Source: a virus
Lineage: Duplodnaviria > Caudoviricetes
DNA length: 57,228 nucleotides
Direction: 5' to 3' (one strand)
Virus record (IMG/VR): IMGVR_UViG_3300030117_002543
Location: 1 to 57,228 of that record
The position numbers and the translations under genes are program-made. The notes beneath the pieces are model-generated. The model worked only from the letters and a program-made list of their open reading frames with translations, was not told the origin of the DNA and made no database searches. The stretch's first letter is position 1; every line of letters begins with the position of its first letter. Shown here piece by piece: positions 46,644-56,010 of the stretch.

Positions 46644-46674
46644 CAAAGTCTCCCACCATATGGTAGCAACTTTT
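46644..46674. repeat. Dyad element copy 6
   Basis: CAAAGT-N5-ACCATATGGT-N4-ACTTTT. Confidence 0.75.
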
Positions 46675-46829
46675 AATCTCGGAAATAAACTTGGAAAAAG
46701 GTACATTCATGCGTAGGGCGCGTTTAAAAGGGTTTTAGCCAAACCCCTATTGAGAATCCTGACTCGCTTCTTTCTGCGAGTTATTCCAAATGTATACTTA
46801 ACCCACTCTACTCTTTAGTTAAAAAATAT

Positions 46830-47206
<377 letters not shown>

Positions 47207-47662
47207 ATGGCATGGAAGAAGAAAACTGAAAGTGAAAGTGAAAATGAAATAGAAGAGATGGTTGAAAATTTCAAAGAGGAGTATAAGCCAACTCTAGGAC
47301 CGAAGGCAGAGGTGACAACCCAGCCCTTCAATGGTATGCAACACATGCAACCAGCACCGAAGGATATGAAATGGAAGGAAGTGAAAGCACACATGGCAGG
47401 AACAAGTCAGACAAGAATAGAAGAAGTAATGGAAGAAATAAGAGTGATGCTCTTGGCAAAGAACGAGCAGTATGGAGATTCGGCATTGAGTCCGAACCGC
47501 ATATTCTCCAAGGCATCTACGGATGAACAAATCAAGGTCAGAATTGACGACAAGTTGAATCGCCTAATGCTAGGCAATGATTCAATGGAAAGCGATGAGG
47601 ATGTTATCAAGGATTTGATAGGATATCTCATATTACTCCTAGTGTCCCAAAAGGATGCTTGA
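47207..47662 (+). CDS. DUF1599-like nucleotide-modification-associated (all-alpha NTP pyrophosphatase-like) protein
   Basis: 'KNEQYGDS...VRIDDKLNRL...DLIGYLILL' motif; ATG at 47207. Confidence 0.7.
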   Translation: MAWKKKTESESENEIEEMVENFKEEYKPTLGPKAEVTTQPFNGMQHMQPAPKDMKWKEVKAHMAGTSQTRIEEVMEEIRVMLLAKNEQYGDSALSPNRIFSKASTDEQIKVRIDDKLNRLMLGNDSMESDEDVIKDLIGYLILLLVSQKDA

Positions 47663-47667
47663 AGTGA

Positions 47668-48212
47668 ACCCAAGGGGACTGGTAATCTCCTTGGAATAAA
47701 ACAGAGTTTGCAAAGTAAAAAGTAGAAAGAGACAGGGTTTGCTAATTAGAGGTTGATTTCCCACGTATAAGGGAAACATTACAACGGGATGCTTCGACTT
47801 GATATCATCGAGTAAGTCGTAAAGAATCAACCATCACATGTTGGTATGTTATAGCAGTAATACGTGTAGGCAAGTAAATCACGTTTGGATAATGAGATGT
47901 GGAACCAGTTTTCTAAGACTGCTTCTGAATTGAAGTGAAACTGCCGAAAAAGCAGGTCAGTCGAGTAAGTCGATACTACGGTATCGCAGGAAAAACCACT
48001 ATTTCCCCCTCCCGAATGACATCGGCATAGAACGAATACTTCTCTGTAACAATTAGACTCCAACTGTCAGAGCGGAATGTTTACATTTCACATCTGATGG
48101 TAGAGAAACGGGGTTTGTTGCGAATAAAAAGGACAGTTTTCTGTTTGACGTATCTTTGGTTTTAGCCATCAGTTCCGTAGTAACAAGGGGGTGGTTCCCC
48201 TGTCCTTCCCCA
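47668..48212 (+). ncRNA. Candidate ~550-nt structured non-coding RNA
   Basis: No sense ORF; many helices including C(UACG)G tetraloop hairpin CGATAC-TACG-GTATCG (47971-47986). Confidence 0.6.
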
Positions 48213-48236
48213 CAACAAAACAATAGGTGAATGAAA

Positions 48237-48734
48237 ATGAATATATTTGTATTAAGCGAATGCCCAACAGAGAGTGCAGAGATGATGGTGGATAAACACG
48301 TAGTCAAGATGCCGACAGAGAGTATGCAGATGATGTGTACCATAGCGAATCTACATGACTACCAGACTCCATTTGCTCCGGTGATGTTGAATCACCCTTG
48401 CACTATTTGGGCGAGACAATCAAGACAGAACTTCAATTGGTTGCGAGAGCATACCCTTGCCCTTTGCAAGGAGTACACTCGCAGGTATGGTAAGCGACAC
48501 AAGGTAGAGTGGTGTCTCAAAGAGTATGATGCCACATGGATTACCTTGGAGTCCGAACTACCAGACATCGGATTGACACCCTTCGCGGTTGCGATATCCG
48601 ACCACATGAACTGTAGGCAACTAGACGGCTTTGACGATATGTCAGTTGTCGATAAGTATCGTGCGTACTACATGCACGACAAGAATCACTTCGCATCTTG
48701 GAAGACCAAGAAGCCAAGTTGGTTCACAGCGTAA
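48237..48734 (+). CDS. Pyrimidine dimer DNA glycosylase (T4 endonuclease V/DenV-like family)
   Basis: 'MNIFVL...DKHVVKM..ES.QM', 'NHPCTIWAR', 'LCKEYTRRYGKRH', 'YRAYY'. Confidence 0.8.
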   Translation: MNIFVLSECPTESAEMMVDKHVVKMPTESMQMMCTIANLHDYQTPFAPVMLNHPCTIWARQSRQNFNWLREHTLALCKEYTRRYGKRHKVEWCLKEYDATWITLESELPDIGLTPFAVAISDHMNCRQLDGFDDMSVVDKYRAYYMHDKNHFASWKTKKPSWFTA

Positions 48735-48743
48735 GACTCGCAA

Positions 48744-48844
48744 GAGCAGGGTTTGCCAAGTAAAAACGGGAAAGGTTTCTAATCATTGGAATAGTGTTCA
48801 ATTTTCTTTCTCTCTTCTGTAGCACGAACCCGTTCCCCCTGCTC
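48744..48844 (+). ncRNA. ~100-nt structured intergenic element
   Basis: GAGCAGGG/CCCTGCTC and AACGGG/CCCGTT stems; shares CAG[AG]GTTTGC-x-AAGTAAAA with 47702. Confidence 0.45.
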
Positions 48845-48932
48845 CATGGGGTCACCAGTGACCTCACCTATGTTTCCAAGAACTACCCGTTACACTGGAA
48901 AATAGAACAAATGAAATCTAGAGAGATAAAAG

Positions 48933-49241
48933 GTGAATAAAATGAATGGAATGATAGTTAAAACAATAGCAAGTGGAATAACATCCACATTACTGACATC
49001 AATGGTTGCAACGTGGTATCTCATCCAAGAGTTCCTTGGTGAGAGCATGGCAATGCAATTGATGATACCAGCATATGCATGGTCGTTGCTCACATTATGG
49101 GGTGACGAGATAAAGGATGTAATGAGAGGTAACAAGACAGTCGAGGAAGTTGTAGAAGAAGTCGTGGAGGACAACGTAGAGTTGGAACACTCTTGGGACT
49201 TCATCTCAAGACAACTACCAAGATATAACAAGGAGGAATAA
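48933..49241 (+). CDS. Small membrane protein
   Basis: Two hydrophobic segments and an acidic tail. Confidence 0.65.
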   Translation: MNKMNGMIVKTIASGITSTLLTSMVATWYLIQEFLGESMAMQLMIPAYAWSLLTLWGDEIKDVMRGNKTVEEVVEEVVEDNVELEHSWDFISRQLPRYNKEE

Positions 49242-49243
49242 GA

Positions 49244-49756
49244 ATGGCAGAAATGACAGATGAAAGATGGAATGCAATAAAAACGAAAATAGAACTGTGG
49301 TTCAACAACCATCAGGATTGGGAGTCAGAGCATATCGAACTGATATCGGTTCCCAACCTAGTCTCAGCAGGTGACAACAAGCCCGCGAAGAGAGTCGCAC
49401 TTTACAGTGCAATCAGGACTTGCTTCTCGGATATCGCTGACAAGCCCTTTACGACAGGGAAGAAGAGTGCGATGCCCGATGAGATTCAATCGTTCAGAGA
49501 TGGACAGTTGGAGTTGTTGAAGAAGGCACTGATGGAAGCGTGGGACAACTCCCCGCAGATGCAACAGTTGCTTGTCAGGAACAAGAGAAGCGGTGGTGGG
49601 TTCTTCACTTCCGCAGAGGACTACGCTCAGTCAGTAGTGGACTCAACGAGACTACGAATGAACACAGCGTACAATGCGTACTTGAGAAGTGACGATAAGG
49701 CCGATTATGTATGGAACGGCAAGGACAACATGGATTGTCAAATAAACAAGGAATGA
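49244..49756 (+). CDS. Hypothetical protein, paralog of 46141..46602
   Basis: 170 aa; GGAGG RBS. Confidence 0.8.
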   Translation: MAEMTDERWNAIKTKIELWFNNHQDWESEHIELISVPNLVSAGDNKPAKRVALYSAIRTCFSDIADKPFTTGKKSAMPDEIQSFRDGQLELLKKALMEAWDNSPQMQQLLVRNKRSGGGFFTSAEDYAQSVVDSTRLRMNTAYNAYLRSDDKADYVWNGKDNMDCQINKE

Positions 49757-49760
49757 GAAT

Positions 49761-49967
49761 ATGAATGAAGAAGAGAAACTATGGAAAGAAGAGGGAATAG
49801 TGTTGGTAGGAAGCACGATGCGTAACGCACCTGTGTTCCTCAACAAGAAGCAGTTGAACAAATTCAGTCGTGAGGACTTGAAGAGGTATCTTCTGGATGC
49901 GCTAGATGAACTGGTCGTTCTCCGTTACAGGAGAGGATTCAGTTGGTTGGATGAGGTGGTTGAATGA
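49761..49967 (+). CDS. Hypothetical protein
   Basis: 68 aa, coupled. Confidence 0.65.
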   Translation: MNEEEKLWKEEGIVLVGSTMRNAPVFLNKKQLNKFSREDLKRYLLDALDELVVLRYRRGFSWLDEVVE

Positions 49968-51823
49968 CTGATTGGAAGGAAGAAGTAGAAAATCAAGTCA
50001 AATACTGCCGTTATTGCCATGAACCTATTTTGCTTGTAGATTGGTTGAAGATACCAAGAAGTAAATCAACATGGTATAATTGGAAAACCTATGCTAAAGT
50101 ATGTATAGATGAGAAGCATGTTGAATGTGCTTCTAAATACAATGCAATGAAAAACAAGGCCAAAAAACCATTCTTTGACCGAGCGACAGCAGTTGCTAAG
50201 TTCCGTGCATTAAGAGAGGCACTAGGATTTGAGGAAGCAGACAGTGAGTCTACCTTTTCCCCATGGGACTTGGTTGAAGTCTCCATGATTAAAAACTTGG
50301 CAGGAGTTAACAGGGTAGTCCAAACACCAGAGCAACAGGTGTACAAAGACGCGATGTTGTATTTTTGGTCGGTTCAAGAGGACTACTTCAAGTATGAAAA
50401 CCGTGAGAAAACCAAGAAGGTATCTAGAGTCACAAAGAACTACGGTGAAGTGTTCCATGTTGATAATAAAATGCAGAATTTTAGTTCGACAAATCTTTGG
50501 TATTTGTATGCTGTTTTCAAGACGATGTTTCCCAATGAGTGGAAAGACGTACCTGTTTGGGCAATAAGTGGTAAGACTAGGGCATCTCTGTATCAATGGC
50601 AGATTATCGATGAATATCTTTGGAAGCGCGATGGTAAGTTGAATCATACCTTCCTCGCTGGTCTTTTCGATAAGATGATTGCAGAGTGGTATCCTGACGG
50701 TATCACATATCAGGATTATATTTCTCTCTCGGAACTCAATACCTACCAAACTAGGAAGCAGACGGATTCACCTTGGTTTCCAGCAAACGACTTGTTTAAC
50801 TACAAGCGTGGGCAAATGGCAGAGGAACCTGTCTTTATCAAAAGCGTGTGGACTTTTGTTTCCATGTTTCAAAGGCACTACAGTAGAAAGGAGAATGGAA
50901 CTTTCGATAAATTCATGTTCAATAAGATGGATTTCAAGGTTCATTCCAATGTATCAGGAAGACAGGGATATGATGCTGATGAGATAACAAAGGCAGATTG
51001 CTACAATTGGTTCTGGAACTATTTCGTGCCTTACTTCGGTATAGAGATAGAGGACAAGGAGAACTTCCCATATAACACACCAGTCAATGAATTGTTACAA
51101 TTCGTTAACATCCCGGTTCGTGATATGGGTCAAGTAGTTGGACTTTACAAGTTCATGGGAAAATTAGGTCAACCTAGAGGGGTTACTCCATCACCGGAGA
51201 AAGTGATTAGATTGCTATATCCGGACTATAAGTTCGACATGGTGCTATGGACAACAGAGGCTACAAAGGCTGAGAAGAAGATGAATCAGATTCTTCTGAA
51301 AGTAATGACACGTGCTGGCTTCGATTGGTATTTTAGTAATGCTGAGTACATACCAACAGAGGATGGGGACATCGCAAAATATTGGGATACTCAGGCTCCA
51401 ATGAAGATAGACGGCATAAGCCTACTACTCAAATTGATTGTGGAGGCCCAAGGCGCGTACCACTATCTCTTCGATGAGGAGGTAGTCTTTCTGAATGATG
51501 GTATTAACTACAGTAGGAAGGTTCCAGAGAGTTATCGAGGTAAGGATAGAACGGTACTTGGTTACAGACAGAACAGAGATAGACTTTGTAGGAAGGCCAT
51601 TGTTCGCAATGGATTTACTCCTGTGTATGTTATTCTCTATGAAGGAGCATATCCTGTAGAGGGAGTTCACGGTGACATACCACAATGGAACGGAACATAC
51701 GTTACATCAGATAGAAGCCGTGGTAGAATAGGACTTGCAGAGACATTCGACTTGCAAGGAAGGGAAGACATTGGTGATATGATTAGAGAGTATTACCGCA
51801 ACGTAATAGAAGAGGAGGAATGA
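49964..51823 (+). CDS. Large protein with C-terminal Vsr/DUF559-like PD-(D/E)xK endonuclease domain
   Basis: 'AEKKM...KIDG...LIVEAQGAYHY...RDRLCRKAIVRNGF'; N-terminal CxxC...C..H..C. Confidence 0.55.
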   Translation: MTDWKEEVENQVKYCRYCHEPILLVDWLKIPRSKSTWYNWKTYAKVCIDEKHVECASKYNAMKNKAKKPFFDRATAVAKFRALREALGFEEADSESTFSPWDLVEVSMIKNLAGVNRVVQTPEQQVYKDAMLYFWSVQEDYFKYENREKTKKVSRVTKNYGEVFHVDNKMQNFSSTNLWYLYAVFKTMFPNEWKDVPVWAISGKTRASLYQWQIIDEYLWKRDGKLNHTFLAGLFDKMIAEWYPDGITYQDYISLSELNTYQTRKQTDSPWFPANDLFNYKRGQMAEEPVFIKSVWTFVSMFQRHYSRKENGTFDKFMFNKMDFKVHSNVSGRQGYDADEITKADCYNWFWNYFVPYFGIEIEDKENFPYNTPVNELLQFVNIPVRDMGQVVGLYKFMGKLGQPRGVTPSPEKVIRLLYPDYKFDMVLWTTEATKAEKKMNQILLKVMTRAGFDWYFSNAEYIPTEDGDIAKYWDTQAPMKIDGISLLLKLIVEAQGAYHYLFDEEVVFLNDGINYSRKVPESYRGKDRTVLGYRQNRDRLCRKAIVRNGFTPVYVILYEGAYPVEGVHGDIPQWNGTYVTSDRSRGRIGLAETFDLQGREDIGDMIREYYRNVIEEEE

Positions 51824-52062
51824 AAATGAGAAATGAAACAAATGTAGAATTTAGGTTGGTGAATGATGAGGAGATGCCACCTATCGTGATAACGATGAAT
51901 GACAACGACAGCCCGAAGGTTGTGTTGAATGCCGACCACAAGATATGGCTTGCGTTACATCGCAAGACCATAGGTGGTTGTGCAGAGGCTCTGTATGAGA
52001 AGATAGACGAGTTGCTCACAGCACATCTACAGGAGCAACGCGCATACGAGAGGATGGACTGA
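51820..52062 (+). CDS. Hypothetical protein
   Basis: 80 aa, coupled. Confidence 0.7.
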   Translation: MKMRNETNVEFRLVNDEEMPPIVITMNDNDSPKVVLNADHKIWLALHRKTIGGCAEALYEKIDELLTAHLQEQRAYERMD

Positions 52063-53208
52063 ATGCAGGATGTGAAGTACAAGAGAGAACTAGGTGAAGG
52101 TCGCTGGGACAGGAAACTGAAGGAGAACATGGTTACACTGTCGAAGGCAGACAACTACGATGAAGCCAAGCATGAGTGGATTGCCACTGGTGAAGTATGG
52201 TGGAGAGGTCTCAGAGTACCACAGCCTAGTTGGGTCAGTAACGAAGGCTATTGCTTGTGTGGTCACCATATCGTGTATCACTATGAGATACACAACACGG
52301 AGACAAACACAAGGATGGCTGTTGGTTCTGACCACATCAACTCGTATCTAATCATGCGAGCAATCCGTGAGGAGACTGGTCTGAAAGATGGTGAGATTAC
52401 TGACTCCATGATTGATGAGTGGGTGACAGTGAGAGTCGATGCTCTCATCAAGACTGCTTGGTGGAATACTCATGGTGATGACTTCACTGAGATGTTCGAT
52501 GACATCAAGGAACTCGACTTGAGGTTGAATGTCAGGCAGACTGGCAAGAGAATCTACAACCATGAGTTACAGTACTACGAGGACATCACTGCCATTCGCA
52601 AGGTATCGAGTGGTAAGTTCGGTGACCCCGACTACGAGATGTCATCCATTGTATGGAGATGGAATCATCCTGACAATCCAAAGGCACAGATAAACACAAG
52701 GGGATATCCCAATGACAAACTGTGGAAGGACTTGACCATGTTTTGGGCCTTCATCGAGCAACACAAGGAGAAGGTATCTCAGTTGGATGAGAAGGTCGCA
52801 CTGAGGATTGAGGAGTTGAAGAACCACAAGGAGGAAGTTCTCGCACGTAGGGAGAGGAGACTTGAGCAACTTGCCATTGCTGAATCCGCAAGGAAGCAGA
52901 AGGAGCAAGAGAGGTTTGAGTTATCCTGTGATTACTACGGTTGGAGAACATTCGATAGGACTGATGGAATCAACGCTTGGGAAAGGGGATTCCTGACTGA
53001 CATGCGAAATAGAATCCTACAAAACTATGAGCCTACTGAAAGACAGGCTGAAGAATTAAATAGAATAATAAATCGCAACGATAAGCCAGCGAGTGATAAA
53101 CAACTGGCGTATGTTGTAGCGTTAGGGTACAGAGAAGACACATCAGAGATGACGAGTAGGCAAGTATCCATAATAATAGACAAACTGAAAGGTGAACAAA
53201 ATGAGTGA
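52063..53208 (+). CDS. Zn-binding domain protein with C-terminal 'PASDKQ' helical module
   Basis: 'CLCGHHI...VGSDHI' and 'PTERQ/PASDKQLAYV...MTSRQVSIIIDKL'. Confidence 0.7.
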   Translation: MQDVKYKRELGEGRWDRKLKENMVTLSKADNYDEAKHEWIATGEVWWRGLRVPQPSWVSNEGYCLCGHHIVYHYEIHNTETNTRMAVGSDHINSYLIMRAIREETGLKDGEITDSMIDEWVTVRVDALIKTAWWNTHGDDFTEMFDDIKELDLRLNVRQTGKRIYNHELQYYEDITAIRKVSSGKFGDPDYEMSSIVWRWNHPDNPKAQINTRGYPNDKLWKDLTMFWAFIEQHKEKVSQLDEKVALRIEELKNHKEEVLARRERRLEQLAIAESARKQKEQERFELSCDYYGWRTFDRTDGINAWERGFLTDMRNRILQNYEPTERQAEELNRIINRNDKPASDKQLAYVVALGYREDTSEMTSRQVSIIIDKLKGEQNE

Positions 53209-53458
53209 TAAGAAAACAACGAAGAAAGCAACAACGAAGAAAGATGAGGAGGAGGCGCAGGAAGCCTTGGCTCAATTGCAACAGAACGCAATGAACCTAC
53301 AGGGGACTGCACAGAACCTCGCTAATCAACTGTCTCAGTACATGCAACTATGCAAGCACTACGAGCAGACGATTAACATCCTCACAGGTAGGCTCCAAGA
53401 ACAGCAGAGGTTGGTGGAGCAACTACAGCAACAGCAGAACGCACCGGAGTCTTCATAG
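53201..53458 (+). CDS. Q-rich coiled-coil protein
   Basis: Heptad pattern; ATG at 53201 after GGTGA. Confidence 0.7.
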   Translation: MSDKKTTKKATTKKDEEEAQEALAQLQQNAMNLQGTAQNLANQLSQYMQLCKHYEQTINILTGRLQEQQRLVEQLQQQQNAPESS

Positions 53459-53493
53459 ACTCTGACTTAGTGGAACGAATAGGAGATAATAAT

Positions 53494-53700
53494 ATGAAAT
53501 TGAGAATAATGAATGACACAGGACACACTGTACTAGACGACGTAACTGTTTCAGATGTAATCGACCAAATCAACGACCATCCCACACATTGGGTTTTCGT
53601 TGAGGGTGAGATGGTATCGAGACAGGAAATCCCGAACATCAGTTGGGATGAGGTTGATACTGTCAACCTAATTCCGGCCATGGTCGGAGGCTCGCTCTGA
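53494..53700 (+). CDS. Ubiquitin-like (beta-grasp, ThiS/SAMP-like) protein
   Basis: 68 aa ending 'DTVNLIPAMVGG-SL'. Confidence 0.7.
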   Translation: MKLRIMNDTGHTVLDDVTVSDVIDQINDHPTHWVFVEGEMVSRQEIPNISWDEVDTVNLIPAMVGGSL

Positions 53701-53719
53701 GCCTAACTCGTTCTTAACT

Positions 53720-53840
53720 GAGCAATGCTTAAGTGCAACTCTGCATAATTTGCCTAAGCATTATAGGTCTGCTGAATAACGCAAAAAACCCCAGCAACGG
53801 GTAGGATTGTTGCCAATCGGGTGAGAAGCCCGACAACCAA
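53720..53840 (+). promoter_or_regulatory. Structured leader upstream of nrdJ
   Basis: AATGCTTA/TAAGCATT, GCAAC/GTTGC and TCGGG-TGAGAAG-CCCGA hairpins. Confidence 0.4.
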
Positions 53841-53858
53841 ATTTTCGGAGAGAGAAGA

Positions 53859-55727
53859 ATGGAATTACAACAAGAAATATTGTCAGAAATAACAACGAAC
53901 ATGAAGTATGCAAAGTACTTGCCTCTTGAATTCAGGAGGGAATCTTGGAAAGAGATTGTAGAGAGGAACAAGGAAATGCACAAGAAGAAATTCACACACA
54001 TTCAAGGGTTTGACGAGAAGATAGATTATGTCTATGACAACTTCGTTCTAACCAAGAAAGTGCTACCATCCATGCGCTCCATGCAATTTGCAGGGAAGCC
54101 GATTGACTTGTCTCCGAACAGAATATACAACTGTGCGTACATGGCTATCGATTCTACGATAGCATTCTCGGAAGCCATGTTCCTGTTGCTGGGCGGCACA
54201 GGAGTTGGATACTCTGTTCAGAGACACCACGTATCAAAATTGGATGCAATACAGAAGCCTAATCCTGAGAGGACATACAGGCATCTAGTTGCGGATTCGA
54301 TAGAAGGATGGGCTGATGCAGTCAAGGTACTATTTGACGCATACACAGGAGACAGGAGAACAACGCCAAGGTTCGACTACTCCGACGTAAGACCGAAGGG
54401 CAGTCAATTGAAGACTAGTGGTGGTAAAGCACCCGGCCCTGCTCCATTGAAGAAGTGCATAGTTACCATAGAGAACATGCTACTGAACATGGAAGACGGT
54501 CATCACATTACACCAATCGAAGCACATGACATGATGTGCCACATCGCAGATGCAGTTCTCGCTGGTGGTATCAGAAGAGCCGCAATGATTAGTCTGTTCA
54601 ATGCAGATGATAACGAGATGATTAACTCAAAGAACGGTCACTATTGGGAGACCAATCCACAGAGAGCAAGAGCGAACAACTCAGCAGTTCTCATCAGAGA
54701 GAAGTGCGAGAAGGAGTTCTTCGATGACCTGTGGAATAGAACCAGAGCCAACAAGACTGGCGAGCCGGGTATATTCTTCTCCAATGACAAGGATTGGGGA
54801 ACGAACCCCTGTGCAGAGATTTCATTGAAGAACCATCAATTCTGTAATCTCTGCGAAATCAACGTATCCACTGTTGCTAGTCAGAAGGACTTGGAAGAGA
54901 GGGTGGAAGCCGCGACTATCATCGGAACGATGCAAGCGTGTTACACTGACTTCCATTATCTACGACAGTCTTGGAAGACCACAACAGAGAAGGAAGCACT
55001 TGTCGGTATCTCGATGACTGGCATCGCAAGCAATGCCCTCAAGGACTTGAATCTTGAGAGAGCATCAGATTGCGCAGTCATCGTCAACAAGACATATGCC
55101 GACATGTTCGGAATCAACTCAGCCGCAAGAGTTACTTGTGTGAAACCTGCTGGTACTACCAGTCTGGTGCTAGGCACTTCCTCCGGAATACATGCTTGGT
55201 ACTCCGAGTATTACATACGAAGAATCAGAGTGATGAAGAACGAGGCAATGTATCTGTATCTCAATGAGATGCTACCTGAGTTGGTGGAGGATGATGAGTG
55301 GGATGACAACCAAGCAATACTTGCTATCCCACAGAAAGCCCCGAAGGGTGACATCATCACAAGAGAGGAGTCTGCTCTATCCATGTTGGAGAGATTGAAG
55401 AAGTATTCAATCGAGTGGGTGAGAAGGGGACATATGAGTGGGGTCAACTCACACAATGTCTCTGCCACTGTCAACGTCAGAGATGACGAGTGGGAGACAG
55501 TGAAGGAATGGATGTGGGATAACAGAGAACACTACAACGGTATCTCTGTCCTGCCATTCGACAACGGTGTGTATACACAAGCACCGTTTGAGGCTATTGA
55601 GAAAGAACAATACGAGGATATGTTCGCCAAATTACAATCAATTGACCTAACACAGGTCAAGGAATACAATGATAATACCAATCTGCAAGGCGAAGTTGCT
55701 TGTGCAGGTGGTGCGTGTGAAATATAA
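53859..55727 (+). CDS. nrdJ: Class II (adenosylcobalamin-dependent) ribonucleotide reductase
   Basis: 'YNC', 'TNPCAEI' catalytic motif, 'VKPAGTTS', C-terminal redox pair 'ACAGGACEI'. Confidence 0.92.
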   Translation: MELQQEILSEITTNMKYAKYLPLEFRRESWKEIVERNKEMHKKKFTHIQGFDEKIDYVYDNFVLTKKVLPSMRSMQFAGKPIDLSPNRIYNCAYMAIDSTIAFSEAMFLLLGGTGVGYSVQRHHVSKLDAIQKPNPERTYRHLVADSIEGWADAVKVLFDAYTGDRRTTPRFDYSDVRPKGSQLKTSGGKAPGPAPLKKCIVTIENMLLNMEDGHHITPIEAHDMMCHIADAVLAGGIRRAAMISLFNADDNEMINSKNGHYWETNPQRARANNSAVLIREKCEKEFFDDLWNRTRANKTGEPGIFFSNDKDWGTNPCAEISLKNHQFCNLCEINVSTVASQKDLEERVEAATIIGTMQACYTDFHYLRQSWKTTTEKEALVGISMTGIASNALKDLNLERASDCAVIVNKTYADMFGINSAARVTCVKPAGTTSLVLGTSSGIHAWYSEYYIRRIRVMKNEAMYLYLNEMLPELVEDDEWDDNQAILAIPQKAPKGDIITREESALSMLERLKKYSIEWVRRGHMSGVNSHNVSATVNVRDDEWETVKEWMWDNREHYNGISVLPFDNGVYTQAPFEAIEKEQYEDMFAKLQSIDLTQVKEYNDNTNLQGEVACAGGACEI

Positions 55728-56010
55728 TGAAAAGGCATGGTTATCAATAGAAAACGAAATCGTAGATTCAATGACAAATGCGGGTGCGAAAGACAGCATC
55801 CGTACTTGGTATTGGAGATACAGGAAAGAACACATTCAACTCGCTGAGTTGAGACATGGGATATTGAGGCTGATAAAGCAAGGCTATTCAGTTTTGAATG
55901 ACATGGATGACATACAGAACTTGTATGACAGAAAAGAATATTACAGAATAAATAAACAAGAATATGGTGATTATTATGAAAATGAAATTTACAATACCAA
56001 GAACAGGTGA
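55717..56010 (+). CDS. Hypothetical protein
   Basis: Probable GTG start at 55717 overlapping the nrdJ end. Confidence 0.55.
   Translation: MKYNEKAWLSIENEIVDSMTNAGAKDSIRTWYWRYRKEHIQLAELRHGILRLIKQGYSVLNDMDDIQNLYDRKEYYRINKQEYGDYYENEIYNTKNR

Noticed and set aside
43148-46674. Dyad repeats as a CRISPR or mini-CRISPR array
   Set aside because: Spacing is 530-910 nt with genes in between, the copies are degenerate, and no cas genes are present.
48090-48115. Hammerhead ribozyme (CTGATGG...GAAAC)
   Set aside because: Core deviates from CUGANGA and there is no stem II; CTGATGG pairs better with CCATCAG downstream.
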